A DNA stretch of 12,437 bases from NCBI GenBank assembly GCA_051294375.1, contig JBJCIZ010000018.1, positions 1 to 12,437 of the forward strand, in the 5' to 3' direction. The notes under the pieces were generated by a model. That model worked only from the letters and a program-made list of their open reading frames with translations, did no database searches and had not been told where the DNA came from. The translations under genes and the position numbers were made by a program. Origin of the DNA: Paraspadella gotoi (Eukaryota; Animalia; Chaetognatha). Of this stretch, positions 1-9,088 are shown in pieces (the stretch's first letter is position 1; every line of letters starts with the position of its first letter).

Positions 1-147
1 GAGATGGAGAGGGAGTGGGGAAAGAGGAGGATAAGGGTGGTTGGGTGAGGTAGAGAGGGTAGATGGAGAGCGAGTTGGAGGAGGAAAGAGGAGAAGGAAG
101 GGAGATAGAGAAGAGAAGATGTGAAATGGGGAGGAGAGGTGAGGGGG
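1..147. repeat. Purine-rich (GA/GGA) low-complexity tract
   Basis: Almost only G and A with several G2-G4 runs; produces the E/G/R-rich start of ORF 63..461. Confidence 0.85.
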
Positions 148-216
148 CACGCGTGTGGATACACTCGGAGGGAAGAATTTCGCTACATCTTTCATCATAC
201 GGATGGCGCAACAAAT

Positions 217-340
217 CGTCTCTCTCTGCTCTCTCTCTCTACTCTCATCGTCCTCTGTCTCTCGGTCTCTGCCATCTCTCATGTCTCTGTCTGCTCGAGG
301 TCTCGTCTGCTCCATCTCTCGTCTGCATCTACTCTCTCCG
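217..340. repeat. Pyrimidine-rich (CT)n / degenerate ctctcgtctgc tract
   Basis: Repeated ctctct and variants such as atctctcgtctgc, atctctcatgtct. Confidence 0.8.
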
Positions 341-489
341 CTGGTCGTCGGAAACAACGCGAACGAGCTCATCTGTGCTTATAGATAAGTATCAAGGTCT
401 TTTGATTTTTCGTCCAGGAATGCAAACGAAAATCAAAAACGAAAAGAAAGAAAAGAAATAATGGTAACACAAAGGGAAAGTAAAGAGAG

Positions 490-762
490 AAACTATATTT
501 AAGGTCACGACTTAGGGGTTCATTCGTAACGCAAGAATATGAGAGAACCAATGGGGGTCATAAGAGGTCGATGAAATGAGCACAATTGCGCAAGCATTGG
601 GGAAAATGTCGAAACCAGTCAATCATTGGCGGACAAACGAAAGTTCCAACTTTCTTGTTTACCATGGACCATGAGACTGACAGGGAGATGACACTAAGGA
701 CCAACGCCCGCGGATCGCGGGAGCATGGTTTCTTCAAGAGACTTGAAATTGCAATAGAAGTT
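490..762 (+). mobile_element. Possible degenerate GIY-YIG endonuclease remnant of a Penelope-like retroelement
   Basis: 560-583 reads I-R-G-R-*-N-E-H (cf. R..EH), after a frameshifted tat-g-aga-gaa-acc-like stretch (cf. YIGET) and before ...FFKRLEIAIE. It lies directly 5' of a hammerhead motif, as in Penelope-like elements. Needs indels and one stop. Confidence 0.3.
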
Positions 763-802
763 CCTGACGAAGACTTGAATTAAAGTCGAAACATGTACAG
801 CT
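759..802 (+). ncRNA. Minimal type I hammerhead ribozyme motif
   Basis: CTGACGA (764-770), extra A, stem II GACTT/AAGTC (772-776/783-787), GAAA (788-791), palindromic ACATGT stem III, GUA cleavage triplet (795-797). Stem I is weak: AGTT/AGCT after a C-C mismatch. Confidence 0.7.
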
Positions 803-989
803 GTACAGATGTACTATGTATCATTAGGCGGCGGATTATAAATAACATATACTGAATTTGACACCATCCGAGTCCTCTTAATATTTTCGGTTTTACGCAG
901 TTTTTTTTAAGTCTAATCAACAGATTAGCGCGAGGACATTTTATCGTGCTATAACATCGATTCGCGTTCACGTCAAATACGTCACCCAA

Positions 990-1340
990 GGGTTTTATAA
1001 GGCCACCACTTGAAATCCGGAGGTCCTCTGTGTTTTTCGTCGTGCGTAAATCTCGGCACTCGAGCAGCGGGCTTCTGATTTGGTCGAATTATGAGAATCG
1101 CCTGGATATTTCGATTCCGTGGCTTTAATGGTCTGAACTCCTCCGACGAGAGGAGAATGCTCTTAAACACTCGATTTTTTTCCGCTAGCAAGAGTCATAA
1201 GAGCATTTATATTTCCGTTCATAGTTCGTAGATAACTTGTCGGTATTTTAAAGTAGCCCATTAATGGCCGAAAGTTAAAAAAACCTATCAAGATCGTTAC
1301 AACATTTAATCCTGTTATTCCTTGTCGGTCCAAATCCTTT
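990..1340 (-). mobile_element. Possible degenerate Penelope-like RT N-terminal remnant
   Basis: TDK (1329-1321; cf. ADKG), then ARVPRF (RVPRF at 1062-1048) followed across frameshifts by KT.. and PPDFKWWP (cf. P.FY.LPK.HK...P.RPI). Weak, by-eye match. Confidence 0.22.
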
Positions 1341-1437
1341 TAGCAAAGCGTCCGATTTAGCCTGTTTACCTATTTTGGAAGCAGCACTCGCCGTCACAGC
1401 AAGATTGAAGTTTGTTGATCGTCAATTTAATTAAATC

Positions 1438-1714
1438 TATAATAACTAATTTAAAAAGTACAATACAAGGCAAAAAGGTTCTACTCGGTTTTCATACAAA
1501 ACGTATTAACAAATATTCAAATAAATGAATTAAATGGACAATATACTAGGAGATACGAGTTTAATATGTCATTGATAAGCACATACTTTGGATGTAGGAT
1601 TAAAACGGGAGAAAGAACATGGTTTTTAGTTCTTGATTGCTTGAAATTCGACATTAGAGAAACAAAGTATGAAGAAAAAAATTTAGACAACTGACGATGA
1701 ACGTGTGGACTGAG
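1438..1714 (+). repeat. Diverged ~280 bp direct repeat, copy 1
   Basis: Colinear blocks shared with 2501-2783: aataacta, aaggcaaaaa.gttctac, aacgtattaa.aaatattcaaa, aggagatac, tactttgga, ttttagttcttg, gcttgaaattcga, agagaaac, gactgag. Confidence 0.9.
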
Positions 1715-2090
1715 CGCTCTCTACTGTAGTTTTGGTGAATGTTTCTTTTGTGAATTTGAGTTTATAATTGGATAAACCGAGGCTCGAGGTATTTGTATTG
1801 TTAGAAGAGTCGGAGGTAGATATTGCTTGAGTATTAAAAGGGCAAGGTTGCCATCTATTCCGAGACGTTCGTGTATCGTTTGTGGACCGCCTTTCCTTTC
1901 CAGAGGGCTGTTGCAGCGGAAACGTTTGGACTTGACGGTGAGGTTGGGAGAAGATGTGGAGATGCCAGATTCGCGGTTGTCCGCCAGACCCTCATCCCAA
2001 AGAATTGAGTTGTTGATTCGATTTTATTAATTTTATAATAACTACTTTGTGTTATAAATCCTTTCTTTCGTTGTAATTGTGTTAGATATT

Positions 2091-2425
2091 ACAACGATTT
2101 ATTTTTCATAGAAAAACGTACATGTTTTGGCTTTTGCCACAAGCCTTCTTCAGCGTCAATTAGTTTGTGAAATTATGTGACAATTTTGTTTTTTGTAAAA
2201 GGGGGAGGGAGAGAGAGAGAAAGAGAGAGAAAGAGACAGACAGAGAGAGGGCAAAGTTTCCAACACAGAGTTGAGAAAGAATAGTGGTCAGATGGTGAGG
2301 ACAGGTTAAGAGTGAGGACAGATAGAGATTTTAGTTTTGAACAAGAAATGAAATGGTCGAAGAGAGAGAGGGAGAAAGGCAGGGAGAGGGAAAATAATAC
2401 AATGGAAAATAATACAATGTACAAG
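2091..2425 (-). repeat. Hammerhead-bearing ~330 bp dispersed repeat, copy 1 (inverted relative to 11123-11440)
   Basis: The reverse complement of 11123-11440 matches colinearly: acaacgat, catgttt.ggctt, ccttc.tcagc, (GA)n, aaagttt..ccaaca, agaatagtggtcagatg(g)tgaggacaggtt, (GA)n, caatgtacaa. Confidence 0.9.
2115..2157 (-). ncRNA. Minimal type I hammerhead motif with G12-to-A change (probably inactive)
   Basis: Minus strand reads gacg-CTGAAGA-A-GGCTT-gtggcaa-AAGCC-aAAA-CATGTA-cgtt. Stem I GACG/CGTT and stem II are intact, but AAAA replaces GAAA (position 2128). Confidence 0.6.
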
Positions 2426-2500
2426 TACTGTTGTACTGTTGTACTACAACAGATAATTTTTTTTTAAATCTAAATAAGTAAACAAGTATTAACAATTAGC

Positions 2501-2783
2501 TAATAATAACTACTTAAAAAGTCTAACAAAGGCAAAAAAGTTCTACGTTTCAACAACGTATTAAAAAATATTCAAAACAATCATAAACGGACGATAAACT
2601 TGAAGGAGATACAAGGTTAAAATGTAGTTGATAACATTACTTTGGACGTCAATTAAAAAGAGAGAAAAACGTGGTTTTAGTTCTTGGCTTGAAATTCGAA
2701 AAAGAGAGAGAAACTTTACAATGTAAGAATTTTTCTGAAGAAGAAGAAGTCAGACGACGACGACGACGACGACGACGACTGAG
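2501..2783 (+). repeat. Diverged ~280 bp direct repeat, copy 2
   Basis: Colinear with 1438-1714. Confidence 0.9.
2737..2779. repeat. Compound microsatellite (GAA)4 + (GAC)9
   Basis: gaagaagaagaa at 2737-2748 and perfect (gac)9 at 2753-2779; explains the poly-R in ORF 2671..3042. Confidence 0.95.
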
Positions 2784-2870
2784 GGTTCACAGTCTCTTTG
2801 TGACAAAGGTCATCTGGTTGACTGAGGTCAACTCGAGTCGCCAGAGTTATGTCTTTAACGAAAAAGTTTT

Positions 2871-3090
2871 TCATGGCGCCGGTGTGGCAGCCTGGTTCCT
2901 CGTTGGTGTCATGGTGCTGGAAAGAAGCTCAGTGTTGAGCCCTGGTAATTCTGCCCAGCAGTGGTGTCTAAATAATTTTGCTAACATTGTTATCAGAACT
3001 TTTGGCAATTCGACTGCTTTAATTCCTGATGATAAAAAATAAATTATGGGAGTCATAATGGAGATGGCACTTAATACTTAAGCCATCTAC
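2871..3090 (-). pseudogene. Possible GPCR TM7 plus C-tail fragment
   Basis: RWLKY / LSAISIMTPIIYFLSS (one frameshift) resembles WL.Y.NS..NPIIY; T replaces N and the spacing is about 2 residues long. Confidence 0.3.
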
Positions 3091-3600
3091 ACTTGTTATC
3101 TCAATTCAAAGAGAAGAAGTAAAACGAGTATTTTTGTCATTTTCAGAAGTTATTTATCACGTCTCCCTACCAATATTACTTGTTTCTTATGACAATCATT
3201 TGATTTTATACAAAATAAAGTTTTCTGTCTTCATGTTTTAAGCATAATTTATTTATTTATTTAGGGGCGCCAATTTTTCCTATTTTGCTTCATTTTTCGG
3301 TTTTTTGATAGAATTATTCTTTAATTTTATAGGCAATTAAAAATTTTAATAATATCAATATTCTATAGTCTTAAATCATAAAATCTGTCTATATTACTTT
3401 AATTTTACAAATAATATATGAATAAATATAAATAAAACGAATCTTGTAATTCATATATATGTGTTGCAATTTTTTTGCCCATTTTTTGCACTTTTCGCGT
3501 CATCGTATTATAAACTGGCTTTAGGACGGAAAAACTGGTTGATTATAAATACTGGTTGGGACAGCATTCAACTGTATATAAGCTTATCTCAAATACTAGC

Positions 3601-3731
3601 CTAAAGTCTATATGGAAGCACGCGAAAAAGCACGGCCATTATCCACTGCATATTAAATGCATTCATACATATCAAGAAAGCTACCATATTTGATCATTTT
3701 AGTCTATAATGCAGATCGCCGCCGTTACCCG
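3601..3731 (-). pseudogene. Possible GPCR TM6 fragment
   Basis: RVTAAICII + MVAFLICMNAFNMQWIMAVLF joins with TM6-like spacing if 17 nt (3688-3704) are removed. CWxP is not preserved (CMNA). Confidence 0.3.
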
Positions 3732-3938
3732 GCATGTTAGTTATAACCCAAATGCGAATCTAATTTTAATTTTTTATTATCCTAGCGTATATAAGTTTAT
3801 ATGTTAAGTCAAAAAATCAAGAGCGTGCTTCGCAAGGTCAGATTTTACAAAGTTTTGTATTATACTCCGCGCTACTAACCAATTCAATTGTCCTACCCTC
3901 GCCCCCCCCCCTCCTCGGCGCGACCATCCCTGGATCAG

Positions 3939-4252
3939 AGACCTCAAACTAGGCACAACCTCCTTCTCGACGCGAAGGGTTTTCCTTAAATTGGCCGACT
4001 TCGGCCTCTGCAAACACGGATGACGGAGACGACGCTGACGACGACTGCGGCAACACCGAATGCAATCGCCCCGAGGTTCGTCGTCGAGAACTCCGCACTA
4101 CACGCGCCTCGTCGACTTGGTGGATGTCTCGGGACAGTCCTCTTCGAGCATGCCGTCGGCCAACCTCCGTTCCCCGTGGAGAGATATCACGTCGGCGAGG
4201 GGAATTCTTACGAAGCCGCAATCAACAAACGTAGCGATTCGAGATATCCGCG
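3939..4252 (+). CDS. PKN: PKN-like AGC Ser/Thr kinase exon (subdomains VIb-X), frameshifted in this sequence
   Basis: A pyrimidine tract and CAG acceptor (3936-3938) split the Arg of the RD motif. Across indels it reads DLKL.NLLLD..GFLKLADFGLCKHG (DFG 3997-4005), IAPE, YTRLVDWW.LGTVLFE..VGQPPFP, RYPR, then a GT donor at 4253. LKLDN, YTR.VDWW, PFPG and RYPR are PKN-family hallmarks; orthology is not established. Confidence 0.88.
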
Positions 4253-4457
4253 GTATGGGGGGGCGGGTTACAGAAAAGTTGTGTTGACGGAGGCCTTGAA
4301 ACTATTTTACTTTAGCTTCAATTGTTTATCTGGAAAAGAATGTAAGTTGCATTTGTTCCTTTGTTGTTTTGTTTAAAGAATCGTTGTTCTGCAAGTGCAT
4401 GGTATCTTGCACGAGTTGAACGTTAACGTAGTTCGCCTACATGTTCGTACTCATGGG

Positions 4458-4586
4458 ATTCCTCTCTATTTTTGAGTCGAGGCCTACGACGTCATCAAGC
4501 GCGCCTCTTGCGGAAAAATCCCACGTCGTCGCTTGGGGCCGAAGAGGGCGGCGCTTGACGAGATTAAGACAGAGAGCTTCTTCAGG
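4458..4586 (+). CDS. PKN: PKN-like kinase exon (subdomain XI)
   Basis: (R)FLSI..EAYDVIKRLLRKNP.RRLGAEEGGA.EIKTESFFR then a GTAAGA donor; continues RYPR|FLS from the previous exon. The acceptor AG is not clean at 4456-4457. Confidence 0.85.
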
Positions 4587-4594
4587 GTAAGAGA

Positions 4595-4640
4595 GGGTTA
4601 AATGGGTTAATGGCGTTAATGCGCGTTAAATGGAGTTAAT
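4595..4640. repeat. Short tandem repeat, ~5 x (g.gttaa(a)tg), intronic
   Basis: gggttaaat gggttaat ggcgttaat gcgcgttaaat ggagttaat. Confidence 0.75.
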
Positions 4641-4870
4641 ATTGGAAAGGAGACCATTCGAGATGCGAAAAATTCATAACCCTATTTTCTTTTTTTAATA
4701 GTAATTTTTTTGCTGCAGTTTTATTGAGACCATTTTGAGACAGTTTGATTCTTTAGAAAACGAATGATTTTAAAGGCAGAAAAATTACAAGAGATTTTAT
4801 GATATATAATATATTATATGATTTTTCTTACATTTTTTTTTACTACATTTTAACTCCTACGATAAATTTA

Positions 4871-5002
4871 GCAAACAGGCCGAGTTTGCCTGTGATGCCT
4901 CCATTTATGCGATGGCGGCATCAACCAACCGTTGGCTCTAGGGGCTTCCGACCCTCAGCTATACCTTCGGTCTCGCTTTGCGCAGACCGCAGAGCGGAAG
5001 TC
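4871..5002. other. Intronic multi-hairpin element (possible non-autonomous transposon end or structured RNA)
   Basis: Stems ACAGGC/GCCTGT, GATGCC-CCAT/ATGG-GGCATC, CCAA/TTGG, and GGCTTCCG/CGGAAGTC enclosing CGGTCT-CGC/GCG-AGACCG. Confidence 0.5.
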
Positions 5003-5098
5003 GTGAGGACTGTTGGAACTATAACGCTCGGGATATGTGCGTTTCCCACTCTAGCCAAAATGATTGAACTGAGGCAAGGACCTTATGTGAAATAGTAC

Positions 5099-5223
5099 AA
5101 CCATGTCCAATCGCCTTTCCATGTCCCTCTATGTCCAATGCTTAACTATCCAAAACCATGTCCATTGTACCAATCGCTCTTCCATGCTCCCTCTATGTAC
5201 CCAATTGCTCCAACCTAGTCCAA
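5099..5223. repeat. Two-copy tandem duplication (~55-70 bp) just before the last kinase exon
   Basis: aaccatgtcc..aatcgc..ttccatg.tccctctatgt..ccaat.gct..aac.ta.tccaa occurs twice (about 5099 and 5155). Confidence 0.8.
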
Positions 5224-5235
5224 TTCCCGTCACAG

Positions 5236-5460
5236 GACACAGATTGGGAATCCACTTTCGCCCCAATCGTCGAGTTACAGCCTTCTCTGTTCGTTCCCTC
5301 CAAATCTTTCGGCGGAAGCATGCTCCAATTTTGAAATGAATTCACATCTTCACCAGCGGCGTCTCGAGTCGAGATCGACGACGACGAAACGACGCACGAC
5401 GACGACGACGGACGACGGGACCATGCCCGAGCATCCGTTTGAACTGATTTAGTTTTATTA
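5236..5460 (+). CDS. PKN: PKN-like kinase terminal exon (AGC C-terminal tail)
   Basis: CAG acceptor ending at 5235, then DTDWES...RRV...FVP...SNFE.EFTS.P across indels and a possible hydrophobic motif near 5438-5457. Stop position uncertain. Confidence 0.75.
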
Positions 5461-5779
5461 TGATTGAATTAAATCTAATCAGATCTGAGTAATAATCATG
5501 CTTATTGCCTAATTGCTAGACTCTGTGTGTATGTAATTTATTTTGATTGATTGTTCTATTTATGATAAAAGAAAATTTAAAGAACATCAAGCGAGCAGGT
5601 TTTAGAGAAATAAGCGGTAGTAGTACCGCGTTTTTAAACAGAAGCAATTTTTCTATTTATCATTGCAAAAGGTTTCAAAATATTATGCCAATAGAATTTA
5701 TTCTTGTTCGCAAGCGAACTCGCTATGCAAACCTTCCTCTAAGCGCGTCAACAAGTACGCGTCCAACTCGTTTACGGAG

Positions 5780-6108
5780 GTTCACCGTCTCTCCGCAACG
5801 ACGTAACGATGGCAGCTAGACCGGAATCTCCGTCGAAACAATCCCTCGACGGAACATACTTCCAGGATTCAGCAACACGTCCGCTCTGCGCGATTGGCCC
5901 GATGTAACAGCGACGGCTCTATGACATACGTTCCGCCTTTACGGAACCGTATACGAGGAACGGCGCCGAGACGCAACCGCGAGCGTCCAAGGCTCACTGC
6001 CGCGGCGCCTAGGCGCGACGAAGCGTTGGCAGGCAACAACGATTAGCTGGAGACGAATGGAGGCGTTGACGGAGCGAAAGCGAACACGGAAGAGAGGATG
6101 ACACGAGC
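5780..6108 (-). CDS. Possible class A GPCR exon, TM3-TM5, frameshifted
   Basis: SVNASIRLQLIVVACQRFVA (6073-6014; cf. ASI..L..IA.ERF.A), same-frame WTLAVA, then VSAPFLVYG (TM4-like), RCY (ECL2 Cys) and IP..AAIV. The TM3-TM4 linker is about 15 aa too short. Confidence 0.45.
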
Positions 6109-7279
6109 AAAAGAAAAGTTAATAAAATAAAAATGATTAATTGATGTTGAATAATATAATAATATTTTTGTTTAGACAGATATTCGTATAATAGTGAGTC
6201 AAGCATGACAAGCTAAATTGAGTTTCGAAAGTCCACCTAGTAAAACAATAATTATCAAAAACTATAGTATTGAAATGTCTAGCAATAAAATTAATACAAT
6301 ATAAAACAAGAATGACTTCAGTTTCCGATTCGTTGCGACTCGTTCGAATGCCTTCTCGCTTTGAATTGAGACTTATTTTGACCTTCACACCAGTATTTCG
6401 TAACGAAACCGACAATATATTTCTCTATCCTTGTTGCGTTCTCAGACCTCCAGATGAGAGAGAGAAAAAAAACACGTAAAATAAATATAATACTTCTCGT
6501 TTCTGATTTTGCTCTAATGATTTTCGTTTGACCGAGATACCAAATACAAAACAGCACTGCGCTAAAATTGAAAAATTTAAAAAAAAAAATAAAATAGGTA
6601 ATTCGTGAGGGGTGATCGATTATGCGAAGAAATGCGTCCGAGACTCTGACCATAAACTATGAAAGCCACAAACCTGCGTAAAACAATAGTTTACATCTTT
6701 ATTAATGAAAATTTTAAAAATAGGCTTTTCGTTAAATTTTGATTGGAATTTGAATTCTTCGTCAAAAGGATGATAGAGAAATATTACATTAATTCTTTCA
6801 TTAAAATGCGTTAAAAATTATAAAAAAAAAACTTTATTAATATTAAAAATTGTTATTTTCAGCTAAAATAGCTTTTCTTATTTTGACACTTAATGAAGAA
6901 TTTTTTTAAAAAGAGTTTTATTTTCTTTTTATCAACTTTTTATGAACGAATCCAAATCTGCAAAAAAATCTTAGAAAAAACTTTTGAAATTTTAACATTT
7001 AAGTATTATTTATATAATGTGAATAGTACATAATGAGTATAATATATTAATATAAGTCCACTACATAATTTTCAGAATTTATAATCAATTTATGTATGCA
7101 TTTATTGATATATATATATATAATAAATATCCGTGGCTCTCAGAATAAATAAAAGTCAAATTTAGAAATTTTCACTACGCGTTTATTATTAAACATAATT
7201 GTTATTATTCAATTCTAACAGTAATGGATTTATAGGCATTTTTGAATCAGGAAACTATAATTATTGCCTATCAAACTGG

Positions 7280-7395
7280 CGAAGCTCTCTAGAGCGAATT
7301 GGTAGTATGCTCATTGGCTCCCGTTGTTCAAACGCCTCGACGACGGAAAATCGGGCGACTTATCCATCGGTTAACATCCGCGATTCTTAAGGATG
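7280..7395 (+). CDS. GC-richer exon-like island; possible JmjC/cupin-fold segment
   Basis: LVVCSLAPVVQT / KSGDL.I..P across indels (cf. V.Q.PGD..FIP), then GTGAAA at 7396. A competing - strand GPCR TM2-like reading (IAD...P..VVEAF) exists. Confidence 0.25.
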
Positions 7396-7434
7396 GTGAA
7401 AAATTGCGAATTACAATTCTCGTTTTATCAATGA

Positions 7435-9088
7435 CTTATTTTCCATTCAAACCACTATTATCAACCACTAGATACCACTCTTCCTTTCCAGTGTTCAAGA
7501 CCAACACTCACTAAGATGTCACTCTTTTCATTTTTTCACTTCAGACCACACTACTCATGATGCCACTCTTTCTTTTCCATTTCAGAGCCACACTACCTAA
7601 TGCATGCCACTCTGTTCCTTTTCCATTCAGACCACATACTACTAAGATACCACTCTTTTCTTTCCAATTCAACTCCACACAACTGAGATGCCTACTCTTA
7701 ATCATTTCTATTATCAGACCACCAAATATCTAAGATGCCACTCTTTTCTTTCATTTCAGACCACTTACTACTAAGATTCCAATTCTTTTCTTTTCCATCT
7801 TCAGGACCACACACTAAGATTCCACTTCTTCATTTTCTATTTCAGACCACACATATCTAAGATGCCACTCTTTTCTTTTTCCCAATTCAGATTCACACCA
7901 ACTAATATGCTACTCTTTCATTTTCTATTCAGACCACAATACTAAGATGCCACCTTCTTTTCTTTTCCATTTCAGCACCACACTACTAAGATCTCCATCT
8001 TTTCTTTTTCCATCAGACCACGACTACATAAGATTCCACTCTTTCCTTTTCAATAATTACAGACCACACTACTAAAATGCCACGTACTTTTCCATTTTCA
8101 ATTCCAGCACCACACCTACTTCAAGATGCCACTCTATTCCTTTTTCAATTCAGACCCACACTTACTAATCGATAGGTACTCTTTCATTTTCTAAATTTCA
8201 GACCACACTACTAAGATGCCACTCTTTCCAATTTCCATTCAAGGACCTACACTACTAAGATGGTACTCTTCCATTTTCTATTTTCAGACCAAAAATCATC
8301 TATGATGCCACTCTTTCCATTTCCAATTAAGACCACACTTACTAAGATTGCCACTTCTTCCTTTTCAATTTCAGACCACTTACTACTTAAGATGCACTCT
8401 TTGCTTTTCCATTTCACGACCACACTACTAACATGCCACTTTCCATCCAATTCAGACCACACTACTAAGATGCCACTCTTCCTTTTCCATTTCAGACCAC
8501 ACTACTAAGATGCCACTCTTTCCTTTCAATTTCAACCACACTACTAAGATTGCCCACTCTTCCTTTTCCATTTCAGGTACCACACTACTTAGATGCCACT
8601 CTTTCCTTTTCATTTCAGACCACACTAACTAAGATGCCACTCTTTTAACTTTTTTCACTCAAACACAACACACTCAATAAACCACTCTTCCTTTTCCATT
8701 CAGACCACAATACTAAATGCCACTCTTTTCTTTTCCATTTCAGACCACGATCTACTAAGATTACATTCTTTTCTTTTCCATTTCAGCACCACAACTACAA
8801 GCATTCCACTCTTTCCTTTTCAATTTCATACCACACTACTAAAATGCCACTCTTTCCCATTTTCAATTAAGACCACACTTACTAAGATAGCCACTCTTTC
8901 CTTCTTAATTCAGACCACACTACTAAGTGCCACTCTTTGCTTTTTCCGATTTCAGACCACACATACTAAGATGCCACTTCTCCATTTCCAAGTTCAGGAC
9001 CACACTACTAAGATCCCACTCTTTCCTTTTCCATTTCAAGACCACACTACTAAAGATGCCACTTATTCCTTTTCAATTTCAGACCACA
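7435..9088 (+). repeat. Tandem minisatellite, ~40 copies of a 40-41 bp unit
   Basis: Consensus CCACTCTTTCCTTTTCCATTTCAGACCACACTACTAAGATG; clean unit at 8461-8500; no unique spacers; strongly G-poor on +. Confidence 0.97.

Noticed and set aside
155-200. DTLGGKNFAT as a kinase glycine-rich loop
   Set aside because: Too short, not GxGxxG, embedded in low-complexity DNA and with no downstream catalytic Lys motif.
63-461. ORF 63..461 and other low-complexity ORFs (2173..2424, 2671..3042, 12222..12428)
   Set aside because: Composition is explained by microsatellites or A/T runs; no recognisable domain.
2788-2890. HSLFV...YVFNEKVFHGAGV as the missing PKN subdomain V-VIa exon
   Set aside because: Spacing matches HVCFV...VFSE, but MEY, GGDL and YLH are absent, there are no clear splice sites and it abuts a repeat.
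3696-3728. Minus-strand GNGGDLHYRLK resembling the GRK kinase motif NGGDLHYHL
   Set aside because: Immediately followed by a stop, no flanking kinase motifs, and on the opposite strand to the kinase exons.
4595-4610. Telomeric repeat (GGGTTA)
   Set aside because: Two non-contiguous hexamers within a different 8-11 bp intronic repeat.
4943-5002. HDV-like ribozyme (P2, P4 and GCAGA J4/2 look-alikes)
   Set aside because: Only 17 nt lie between P2 and P4, with no P3/P1/P1.1 pairing.
5829-5853. Hairpin TCCGTCGA/TCGACGGA as a terminator
   Set aside because: No U-tract, eukaryotic context, and plausible by chance in CpG-rich sequence.
8247-9060. ORFs 8247..8462, 8260..8508 and the 5' parts of 8927..9220 and 8971..9240
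   Set aside because: Translations of the minisatellite.
7435-9088. CRISPR array
   Set aside because: Units are head-to-tail with no unique spacers, there are no cas genes and the context is eukaryotic.
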